Shown here: positions 12,601 to 23,068 of the stretch, one piece after another
Position numbering within the stretch: position 1 is the first letter of the stretch
Layout: each line of letters begins with the position of its first letter
Origin: Bilabrum cf. latius
Lineage: Eukaryota
NCBI GenBank assembly: GCA_965178125.1
Contig: OZ237738.1
Coordinates: 1,488,001-1,552,000 of the forward strand
Direction: 5' to 3'
DNA: 64,000 nt
Notes under the pieces: model-generated
What the model was told of the DNA's origin: nothing
Databases searched by the model: none
What the model saw: the letters and a program-made list of their open reading frames with translations, nothing else
Translations under genes and position numbers: made by a program

Positions 12601-15155
12601 GGGGGTGGAGGGTGCGCGTGATGCCGCTCCGTAACCTGAGTTGGAACCAGGAGTCTCAGGTGGTCAAGGGCCGCTCCCTGGAGTTCGGGACTTTCCTGCT
12701 GCGGTTCCTGTGCACGCATGCACCCGGGCTGGTGGCCACCGGTGCGCTGCACAGCCCCGTGGTCATTGACACGCTGACCAAGCACCTGCTGGAGCCAAAG
12801 CGTCCCTACAAGGCCCAAGTGCAGGACCTGCTGGCCCAGCTGCTGGCCACGCCGCAGCTGCTGCCCACCGAAGGGCCCGGCGCGGATCCGACCACCATCG
12901 CGGGGCTGGATCGGCTGGGGCAGGGGCTCTACGACAAGCTCAAGTCCAAGATCGATGCTGCCAGAGAGGACACGAGCGGTGTGCGAGTGCCGGGCCCGCA
13001 GCTGCAGCTGCTGCAGCTGGCGGTCATGGCCCGCCGCGCGGCCACTGTGGCCCGCGGCAGCATGCGAGGGGAGCCGCTCGGGGCCTCTGACGAGACCCAG
13101 AGCGTGAGCATGCAGGTGGACAGATACAAGGCTGGCAAGCACGTGATCGTAGGCCTCACCGCGTGGCCACCTTCCCACCCGTTCGACCAGCTCCAGTGGC
13201 TGATCGGCATCTGCACTGCATTGCGGTACAGGTGGCCGCTGCCCGAGCGTTTTCTGGCCTCATGCTACAAGATGGCACACAACAAGAAGGCCACCAGCGC
13301 CGGGCCCGCCGGCAGTCCCCGCGACCTGGTCGATGCCCAGAGGCTTATGACCACCTGGACGGTATCCGACGACGCACAGCTGGTGGGCTGGCTGCGGGAC
13401 CTGGCCAAGAAGTGGGACTGCAAGCAGCTGACCCTGCAGTACAATCAGTGGGCACGACCCACAGCGGAGCACCGCACGGCCTATCCGCTGCTGCACCGGC
13501 ACTGCGAGCCCTCCAACTTCAAGAGCTTGCGGCTTCGTGTGTCTGTTGTAGTGCTGCTGAACCAGCTGCTGGCCAAGGTGCTGCCCTACGTGGACGTGGA
13601 CGCGCTTGCAGAGGCCGCGCAGGACGACTCGCAGCAGGCGGGCGGCTCCTCTGGCGCGCTGGGGGCCGGCGGCGAGTCGCAGGAGGCCACTCCGGCGTCT
13701 GCCTTTGAGCCGACTGCGGTGGCGCATCGCGTGCTCAGCAGCGCGGGGCAGAGGGGCTGGACGCTGGCGGCGCACCTGGGCGCCCTGCGGCACTTCATCC
13801 TGCCCGACTGCAAGACCGAGTACCTAACCAAGGCCCTGAAGGCCACCGAGAGCAAGGCCGGGGACCGCAAGCCGGGCAAGGTCAAGCTGCACAACGGGAA
13901 GGCACTGCAGACGAGGGATCGGGGCCACGTGTCTGCGTCTCAGAGCCAGTGCCTGTTCATGCAGCTGGGCAACCAGATGAGGGGCTGGCCCGACAAGCAC
14001 CTGCGAGCCCCTCTGGACCACCACCAAAAGCTGTTTGGGGTCGAATTCCAGGTATTCAACTCTCAGGGCAACACCGTGGACGGGGAAGGCGTAGACGTTG
14101 GTGGGCTATACCGCGAGGCAATGTGCCAGAGCGTGATGAACATGTTCGACCCGTCCGTGCTCAACGTGTTCATGCCATCGCCCAAGCCCTCCGACTCGCT
14201 CGCGGGAGGATCGACTTTCATTGTCAACCCAGCCGCCACGCATCCCGCGGCCATGCGCGCCTTCGAGGCCGCCGGCATTTTGATCGGGGTGGCCATCCGC
14301 TACAATCACTCGCAAGCCTTCCAGTTTGCGGCCATGGTCTGGAGCAGGCTGCTGCAGCGGCAACCCGCTGACTGGATGATCGAGCAGGCGGACGAGGACT
14401 ATGCGCAGATGGAGCACCAGCTCCGCAAGGAGGCCTAGGATGTGGACGGTGGGCCGGGGACACCAGTGCCGGGGGTGCTGCGGCACCTGTCCACTGCCGA
14501 ACTCGTGTGGGAGGCGCACAGGTCGGACGGTACTCTCGTCCAGCTCACACGACCGCTCGACTTGCCTACCGCGCATGCAGCAGGGGCGGCCAGCGGTGCG
14601 GGGGGTCCGCCTGCTCCGACCAAGGGCGAGGTGCTGGCATACTGCCGAGCCCTGAGGGCGCTGCGGGCCACTGAGAACGAGCCTGCGTACGAGGCCATTC
14701 GCAAGGGGCTCGGGCGGGTGGTCCCCATGAACGCGCTGCGGCTCCTGACCGCGGAGGAGCTGGAGACGGCCGCGTGCGGAGAGAAGGACATCAACGTGGA
14801 CCGCATGTGGGACCACATCACCTTTACCCGCTCCAGCAGATACAGCAAGACACACCCGGTTATTCGACGGCTCAAGAATGTGCTGGAGAGTTTCTCTCCC
14901 AAGGAGAGGACTCTCTTCATCCGGTTCACGTGGGGCCGATCGCAGCTGCCCCCCCAGGGTGCCCAGTGGGAGAGGAACTTTGTGGTGGACAGGATTGCCC
15001 TCACGGAGCTGCAGAACCTGGGCGACAGAGCGCTGCCCATCGCGCACGCGTGCTTCTTTTAGATCGAGCTGCCTGAGTACTCCACAGAGAGGATAATGCG
15101 GGAGAGGCTGCTGGCTGCCATGCACTTGTCGGAAGGCTTGTTTGATATGGCGTGA
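1620..15155 (+). CDS. Giant HECT-domain E3 ubiquitin ligase with UBA-like domain (~4511 aa, TAG read as Gln)
   Basis: One frame from ATG 1620 to TGA 15153-15155, interrupted only by 11 TAGs (1815, 2190, 7683, 8886, 11058, 11259, 11382, 11562, 12015, 14436, 15060). HECT motifs GEGVDVGGLYRE, FIRFTWGRSQLP, LPIAHACFF[TAG]IELPEYST. UBA-like EMTAMNSTICRAALEMFQGDSNQAAQWLL at ~10530-10620. Confidence 0.9.
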
Positions 15156-15586
15156 TCCATAGCAAGAGTGGGATGGTGTCATCTATGGACTGCTTAGAGA
15201 CATTATGACGACCGGCAGTTTGATTCCAAGCTGGCTAGCCTTGCAATCGTTTCTAGATTTGTGCGGAGAATTCGGATTGTGGACAGAGCTGCTCTGGCTC
15301 ACGCACGGGTGGATGGTACGATGGCCAGTGGCAACCTCGGGCAATGCTATCATGAATTGCGTCTCTTGCATAGGGGCGTTCTGCGTCATTGATCTCTGCA
15401 TGCCATTCGCATATCTGCCGCTCGAACCCCACCAAGGAGGCGCCAGCTCGTCAGACGTGAGACCGCTACGGTCACGGCGCTGCCTCACCCGGATGCGACC
15501 CGGAATCAATTCAATCCGGAGTCGAATAAGGTGCCGTCTAGTCGCCACGATCCTGTCACAATTCAACGAGCACAATAGTAGTAAGC

Positions 15587-16000
15587 ATGCAATCATCGAC
15601 CGAAGGAGGAGCACTGAGCACCGGCGTCACCGCAGGGGAAGGCGGCCTCACCACCACGATGGTACCCAGGCAGCTGGCCCTGGACATGACGGAGCAAGAG
15701 GACAAGTATGTGCTGTCTGCACCAGTGCCGGGCATCGAGCCCGAGAACGTCAAGGTGCAGGTTAAGGATGGCACTGTGACGGTCCAGGTAAGGAGAGATC
15801 ACCACGCTGAAACCCACACGGACGGCAGCGGGGACGGAGACGGGGGCAAGGCAGCTGATGGCGGCACGTATCACTACGTGGAGGCCTCGAGTGGAATGGT
15901 CACGCGCACCATGCCGCTGCCCGACGATGCGGAAGAGAACGACGTCAGCGCAAAGGTTGAGAGCGGTGTATTGTCCGTAAACATGGGGAAGCGCTCGTGA
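15587..16000 (+). CDS. Small heat-shock protein (HSP20/alpha-crystallin)
   Basis: LDMTEQEDKYVLSAPVPGIEPENVKVQV...RTMPLPDDA...VSAKVESGVLSV matches the alpha-crystallin pattern. Ends TGA. Confidence 0.9.
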   Translation: MQSSTEGGALSTGVTAGEGGLTTTMVPRQLALDMTEQEDKYVLSAPVPGIEPENVKVQVKDGTVTVQVRRDHHAETHTDGSGDGDGGKAADGGTYHYVEASSGMVTRTMPLPDDAEENDVSAKVESGVLSVNMGKRS

Positions 16001-16439
16001 GAAGCCCCAAATACGTGAAAGGGGTGGGTGCCATGGATCGGCATGACGAGCGGCGCGCAGCTGCTGACGTGCGCTCTGTTCTGGCCCCTGTTTTCTGCGT
16101 GTATTGAATGAAATGGAGCTCTGCTCCGTGGCATATACCTATGAGTAAAGCATTATCATATTTTGAATTCATGGAATTGCTTGAGCGCTATTTCGAGCGG
16201 CTGTGGGCCACAGTAGACCACGAAGATCGCGCGGCCTGCAGACTCCAGAACAGTGACCGGTCAGGGAATCACAGAAACCGCATGAACGCCTGTATGGCCC
16301 AATTATAGGTCATAGATACTTGATTTAATCTTACCTTTTGCCCACTACTCGCAATCGGATCCCCAAGTGACTGCCCTGCCGCTCGCAATAGTCATGCCAA
16401 TCCCAAACAGGTGCCGCTGGTCCAAGGCCAGACGGGTTA

Positions 16440-19400
16440 TCAGTTATTGAACGCGATTTCGTGCGCAGTGACCGAGCACGATGCCCCACAAATTGCGAGT
16501 TGTACCCTGTGACCGCCGCCCGCCCCGCTCTGGTCTATGCAGGAGAGTCCCTCGCAGGATCCCATGTTGATCTTGGCACCGAATAGCTGGCTCCCGTCCG
16601 CCAGGCTATGAGCAAACAGGTACCCTGCCTCGGTCACAGACAGGACGATACTGCTCTTCGCCAGCACGGCACTGTACGTGATGGTGTCGAACGCCTCCGA
16701 GGTGTCAAGCTGGATGGCCCGGATCAGTCGAAGCGTGCCTCCGTCGTACACCCGCACAGTCTTGTCGTCGCTTGCCGTCACCAGCACTTGGTCGACACGA
16801 TCCAATGTACCATTACCACTGCCAACGCTTCTTGCGCCTGAACTTGCAGCCGCGGAGCCCGCTGCCGCACCGCCGGACGGGGCAGAAGTCATGGAGGTCT
16901 GGACCGCATTGCTGCTCCCAGGCAGCTGCTCCCAGGAAACCGCAGTCACGGCAAAAGTGTGCCCTCGCAACACCGCAACGCAATGCGCTTCGTGCTCAAA
17001 CCGTCCTCTATCCGCCCCCCGCTGCCCCGCCTCCTCCCCGGCAGGCCCTGCAGGGCCAGGCAGCACCCCTGCCTGGTGCTCCTCCGGGCCATGCCCCGTG
17101 CTTCCGAGTCGATTTGGGGCACACTCCTTGTCCATGTCCGTGTCCGTGTCCGTGTCCTCGCTATTGCATGATCCTTCCCACGGCAGCGGGGCCGATGCAT
17201 CCCACCACATGTCGGAGTCCGGAGGGGCACGCACCTGCTTGCCCCTCCCCATGTCTGCCACGATGACACGAGCGGTCCGGTCCTCAGATCCAGTCACCAC
17301 GTACCTGCCACAAGGAGACCACGACACGCTCCAGAGCTCTGCCCGCCGTCGGAGGCTCGCCTGCTGGTGCGCCAGCAAGAGGGCCTTCCGCAGCTCTCGG
17401 CTCCTCCTGACCCTAGCCTTGAGCTCTGCGTCCGCACTGCTGATGCTAGGGCGCGATGGGCGCGGCGGCCCTCCCGCGAGTGATGCCGAGGCCCGCTCGC
17501 CTCCCGGCGGTCCTGGTTCTGCGGGTGACCTTGTCGACGCTGAGGCTGATCCTGCCTCTCCAATGCCCCTGGCTTCACTTACGCGACCACCTTCGCTTTT
17601 GCTGCCCCTGTGAGCCTCCCTTTGCTCGCTCAGCGCTGGGCCTTGATCCCCCGCGCCCACCTCTGCTGCGATACTCCGCAGCTCTGCCCTGGCCCTTCTT
17701 CTGAACTCGGTCAAAGAGGCCGTGCTGGGCATCAGCAGCGACGTGGCGGGGGCCCCATGAGAGACCTACCTGTCCCTGTGCCCGATGGGCCCGAGTCCTG
17801 CCGATGCATGCACGGCCCCCTCCTTCTCTAGCGACGCAGCCTTGCTCCTGCTCGGCTCGACATCATGCGTGCCAGCGTCCACCGAAGCCCCGCCGCTGCT
17901 TCCCATGCTGCACAGCGAGTCCTCGCTCATGCCCCTCTGCAGCTTTCTCTGGGCCCACTGCCGGTCGCTCGTCTCTATCCTCGTGTGCGCCATATGGCTC
18001 ACTAGCACGCGGCCAGGTGGCACCTGTGGCTGCGACACGGCTGGCGCCTTCTGGGCCGAGCCGGGGAACACGTCCTGATGGGCGGGTGGCAACACATGCA
18101 GAGTCACGTCCACCTCCACGATGGCCACCCTGCCACTGGTGGTGGCGGCAGCGAGCTTGGGCGGCCCTCCCCTTGGGATGCTTGGCTGGAACCGCATTGC
18201 CGTGACGTTGCCGTCCAAGCGAACGCACGGTCCCACAACGCCGTGGAAGGCGTGCCATAGAACGATGGTCCCGTCCATGCAGCCCACCGCGAGGACCCTT
18301 CCGTTTGGGTGCCACGCAAGACTCCTCACCGCCTGCAGCATCTTGGCCCTGCGAGCCACCGGGAAGCAGCGAGGCGGGACCCGACGCGAGCTTGCACCCG
18401 AGCCCGGCTTGCGCGGCGGGCCGGCCTCGCTTGAAGTGTCGTGCATGCTACCGCCTGCAGAAGAGCCATCTGTGCGAGCAGTTCCGTCGCTCGTTTCCTC
18501 TCGCACACCCCGCATATCGAATAGGAGCACCTGGCCGGTGAAGTCGCCCACCGCCAGCCAGCGCCCGCACGGGGACAGCGCCACGCCGCACGCGGTCAGG
18601 CGCAGGAGAGATAGCTCGTGCCTGGTCTGCAGCCGCAGCACGGCGGCAGCGGGCGGCAACTGGCCTCCATCGGTTGGAATTGTTCCCTGGGCCCATCCCT
18701 TGCGCTCGGTCGGCAGACCCAGCCTGCGGAGCTGCGCAGTTTCAAGCGGTCCTGGCGACATGGACGTGCTGCTGCGCGTGCTGCTCCAGCCCTAGTCAAC
18801 CTGCTTCAAGCCGGCACCTGCATGGCTGACGCCGCTGCCACTGCTAGTCTGGCGCACACTGATGCCGTTCACTTCCTACAGCCCGCTGCCCAGAGTCACC
18901 GCCCGTAGCACATCGTCGTCCTCGTCCTCCAGCACCGGCCTGTCCTAATCTAGCGCAGGTGGGAGAGCGTCGTTGTGCTGATCCCCCATGGCCAATACGG
19001 CGGAATCGCGCGCTGCAGATGCAAACGCTCCCCTGCCTGCTCCACTGCCGCTCTTAGTGGCCACTACCACTGGAAGCCGGTCCGCCATGCTCTCAGTGGG
19101 CGTGCCTAGCAATGGCCAGCCGCTTGGCAACACTAGACGCCCCAGACTGGAAGGCTGTGCCTCCGCCTCCCCACCCCTCCCACGCACCTTCTCCCCGTTC
19201 GCTCCGAAGAGTCCCAGCCAGAACCTGGCGTGCTGTTCCCTGGCCGCCAGCTTGACCCGGAGTTCGCTCGCCTGCAGCGCCAGCTCTGCAGGGTCGGGCA
19301 GATCGAGGCAGCACCTGTATTCGGAGGAGAGCATCCAGAGGCGGAGGTGGGCGGGGCCGTCTGCGCAACGCTGCAGGAAGGTGGGCACCACGGAGGAAGG

Positions 19401-20293
19401 CACCGAGGGAAGAGGCTTGCCAGCGCGGATGGACAGCAAGGGCACTGGCTGCAGAACCTGCAAGTCATGCCAAGCCGTCGGGGCCGTATCCCCCCTGGGT
19501 CTTTTCCTGCCTGCTGCCTCGCGACTCGATGCAATCGGACTGGCGGACACACGTGATGCACTGGCTGGCATCGCACATAGCCCGATGACTTGCACGTCCC
19601 GAGTCTTCGTAACGCAGCATAGAGCACAAGGGCTTGCTCCTGGCAGGACCAGACCGACGGAGCTCTCTGTTGCTGCCTCACCTCGTTCCTCAGAGGCAGG
19701 AGCTGCGGCCCTGTGAGACACTCCGGCCGATGATTGCGCTGTAGCAGACAAGTCCTATCTGGCTCTTTTGGCGAGGGGGGCTGCGGTCTATTTCTCCAGC
19801 TCACGGACTGTGACCTTTGCTGCTCGATCAGCTCGGATGTTCCCGGCAACGTCCCGTGCAGCGTTTGCTTCGGTCTCCCCTGGACTGTATCCAACTGCAC
19901 CCAGAGGCACCCACGAGAGAGGCTGGAACATGGGCATGCTTGCCCCCCCAAAGCAGGCGCTGATCGCGAGCCCGCCAGCAAGATCAAGATGGTCGGGGTC
20001 GAGCGTGCTGCTACCATCCCCTGCACACGCACTCGCCTGCCGTCGACCCCATGCCGCTGATAGAACTACGATCCTTCGAGCGTCAGTGGCCATCGCGATC
20101 CTGGCACTGCCCTTCAGCTGAGGGCTTGCGCCGAGGGGTGGGTGCACTGCACTGTGGCAGGAGCCCAGCACGTGCCCCCACCGACGTGCTTTGGCATCAG
20201 CCGCGAAAGCGTACTGCCACGAGCCTAGTTCCCTCGGGAGGGAGGCCACGTCCAGCACGGCCACTCGCCATCCACTGCTTGATGCATCGATCG

Positions 20294-20333
<40 letters not shown>

Positions 20334-21290
20334 AGACACCTGTGTGCTGTTCTTACCACGAGTGCATGCAAGCAACGAGACGGCCAGGCCTCCCTGTTCC
20401 ACGGCGTCCTTGGCGACCCGGAGTCGATTCACGCATGCTTCTCTCCAGTCGCTTCGTGGATCAGCCTCGCCGGCTCCTATAGCTCCCACTGACCTTGATC
20501 CAGCTCTTGATCCAGCGTTTGTCTCTAGCCCTCTGTCTGACCCAAGCCCCGACCCTGCCAGTGACCCCGACACCTTTCGCCTGTTCCTTCGCGCGTGTGC
20601 CACAGCAAACACGCCCGATCCAAGGCAGGTGACAGCGCTGGCTGCACATCGCACAGCCAGCAGCGTGTCCAACCTCCAGGCAAAGGAGTGGCGGTCATAT
20701 TTCGATGAGGCACTCGCTCCTTTGCGACTCCCTGGTGTCTCATGTGCCGCCGAATCGCATGATCGCGCGACTTGCAGGATCGACAACCACTGGTCCGACG
20801 CGCTCCCGCCATCTTTTGGCATCTAGAAATGACTAGTACACGCCAGTACATGTCCATCCATGGAGAAAGCCATGGTGCCTACCGGCTTGCCGTTCCCGAT
20901 GCGAGCGCTGCAACGAAGGGTCCAACCCTAAGCATCGCACTCTTCAGCTCTCCCATCGAAGTGGCTGCTTTCAGTGTACTCAAATACTTCAACGACTCCA
21001 GAGTAGGTGCCAATAGCAATGCAGGCGGACTCCCCGGAGCGCTTGTCTTTGAAGCTGGCCACGCTTGTGATCAACGCAAGATCAGACGACTATAGCAAAA
21101 CATCGGGGCTTGCTTCTCCCACCATCCGCGGTTGTACGTTTGAAGATCTAACATCTGAGCCACCAAGAGCGAGCAATAAAGAATTGAGTGAGCAAGCTAC
21201 CACTGACTGATCTGGATCCAAGTCGAGCTCCGTAGATCCCGCGTGCACGGGCGTTCCAACGCCTCCGCAGCCACACACTGCAATATTCAT
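16440..21290 (-). CDS. WD40-repeat protein (~1616 aa, TAG read as Gln)
   Basis: ORF pieces 21090-21290, 19788-20822, 18945-19751, 17766-18761 and 16440-17732 share one frame, joined by 9 TAGs (21090, 20928, 20823, 19788, 19755, 18945, 18876, 18792, 17766). WD motifs VRSLAWHPNGRVLAVGCMDGTIVLW, WSPCGRYVVTGSEDRT, LRGHTFAVTAVSW, LVTASDDKTVRVYD. Ends TGA followed by TAA. Confidence 0.85.
20295..20333. repeat. (GCT)13 microsatellite encoding poly-Ser in the WD40 gene
   Basis: Direct read. AGC codons on the minus strand. Confidence 0.9.
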
Positions 21291-21422
21291 GACAAATTGA
21301 AATCAATCCAATCGCTGCATCGCATTAACGTACGTTTGCCGGAGATTGCTTGGCGATTGTGCTATAGTTCGGAGTCGAAAGAAAATACAGACAGGACACC
21401 CTCCCATAGTAGCCTAAGAACC

Positions 21423-22202
21423 ATGCAAGAGAACACGCAGCAGTATTTATTGATTCGATCGTAGCTGCAGCAGGCCCGTCAATCGATCGCGGAAGTGCAC
21501 ACTGCTCTGCAGCTCGTGAAACTGCAAGCGGACGGCACTCCTCCCGACAAAGTGGCGGACACCATGGCTCACATTGCCGATGTGCTTCGTAGGGCAGCCT
21601 CAACAGTCCCTCGAGAACTTAGTCACGTCTTGATACTTCCGAACGACGTGCGCTCCCTGCAGCCTGGTGAGAGTTTTCGAAACGTCGCGTCTGTGTAAGT
21701 ATTCGCTCGCAACGAGCGCTAGCCACCGGTACGGTCACGATTTCCTGACCTCGCAGAGCATGTGAGCAATATGCTTGGATCAGTGCTACCGCCGGAAGCT
21801 GCTGCGTCCAAGAGACGCGCAGAAGACGAGGCAAGAGCTGTGCTCCCGCAGCTGCCAGGTGCAACGGAGGGTGACGCTGCTGTGATGGGCAAATCCAGTG
21901 GAGATAAGGCCACCTCGGCGTCTAGTGCAGCTGCATACTCACCCGGTTTGACCGAGCAGGAGCTCTTGGACGACCGGCGGGGCGCTGCTGCCGATTTCGA
22001 CGGGCGGGTGGACGCCATGCTGGACGCCCTCTCGGCGGGTCGAGAGCGAGGGCGGGAGGAAGCAAGGAGACGAGCTGTGGCTCGCAAAATGGCAGGTGGC
22101 CCAGCTGGGCTGCCGCCTGCCAGCGGTGGGACTGAGCATAGTAGCCACGGTGGCCACTCAGGCCAGGCAAGCAGCAGCGGCAGTGTCCCGATGGAGTCCT
22201 GA
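21423..22202 (+). CDS. Putative Mediator subunit 8-like protein; join(21423..21666,21757..22202)
   Basis: ATG 21423, TAG 21462 in RS[TAG]LQQ, 90-nt intron GTGAG...CTGACCTCGCAG containing an in-frame TAA. Spliced LILPNDVRSLQPEHVSNMLGSVLPPE recalls the MED8 ML-S-x-L-x-PE motif. Ends TGA. Confidence 0.45.
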
Positions 22203-22288
22203 GGGTTTACGCTCCTGAAATTTTGCCCAATGGACGTTTCGCATGTTGCATGTATTATCTTCTGATATACCTGGTCGTAGTTTAGCTG

Positions 22289-22858
22289 TCATCGGTCCTC
22301 CTTGCCGGCTTCTGCTTCGGCCGCGTCCGCCGCCCCACCTGCAGCTGCCCCTGCGCTCTTCTTTCCTCGCGCGCGCTTCCCAGTAGAAGCCTTCAACACA
22401 CTGTGCTCCTTTGTCGCCGTTGCCATTGCCTGCACGTATTCAGCCACAAAGGCGGCTCTAGTCTCTGCCGATACAATCGTCTCCACCCTAACAACGTCTT
22501 CTGAATCCCTATCGCCAGGACCTTGCAGTCTATACAATATAAATGGACCCTCTGCGTCGCCCAGCAATTCTTTCGCTTCCTTAGGTACCGATAGCCTCGT
22601 AGGAACTGCGAAGGACCAAGACTAGAGAGGCAACACTGCCGCAGACGAGTTCAGAAACAGGATCCGAACGCACTGATCAGTAGCCAAATTAATCGTACTG
22701 TAATTATGTACTTGAGGTGATGATGCTGGCGGAGTTGCTTGGCTGGCCGACGACTTACATCGCTTCGAGGTTACCCTAAGTGTCCCTGCCTTCTCGGCCG
22801 CAGCGGCAAATTCATCGTTCAGGCACTTGAGAAATTCTTCCGTTGATACTATCTTCAT
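22289..22858 (-). CDS. SRP14: Signal recognition particle 14 kDa protein; exons 22858-22759, 22605-22289
   Basis: MKIVSTEEFLKCLNDEF...GTLRVTSKR fits the SRP14 N-terminus. GTAAGT...TTCGCAG intron 22758-22606 gives an in-frame join to ILYR...VETIVS...FVAEY. Basic tail, TGA. Confidence 0.8.
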
Positions 22859-23068
22859 ACTTGTGTCTTAACACCTGAGCGCGTGTAAGCAAGCCTCTGG
22901 CCTGGATGAAGACAGTATGTGGCGTGCTAATTCGTGGGCCGAGGCCTCGTCGCAGTGCCGTTGGCAATCGGGCAAGCGAGCCCCAAGGCCTGCATATCGC
23001 TCCGCTCTACCGTATGCAGCGCAAAGACATACTTGCAAGTACATAGATTATATTGCTTACGCGCACAA

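Noticed and set aside
15156-15586. Heat-shock elements upstream of HSP20, and ORF 15205-15765
   Set aside because: Only scattered GAA/TTC words, no clear array of three nGAAn units. The ORF has no coding-like composition.
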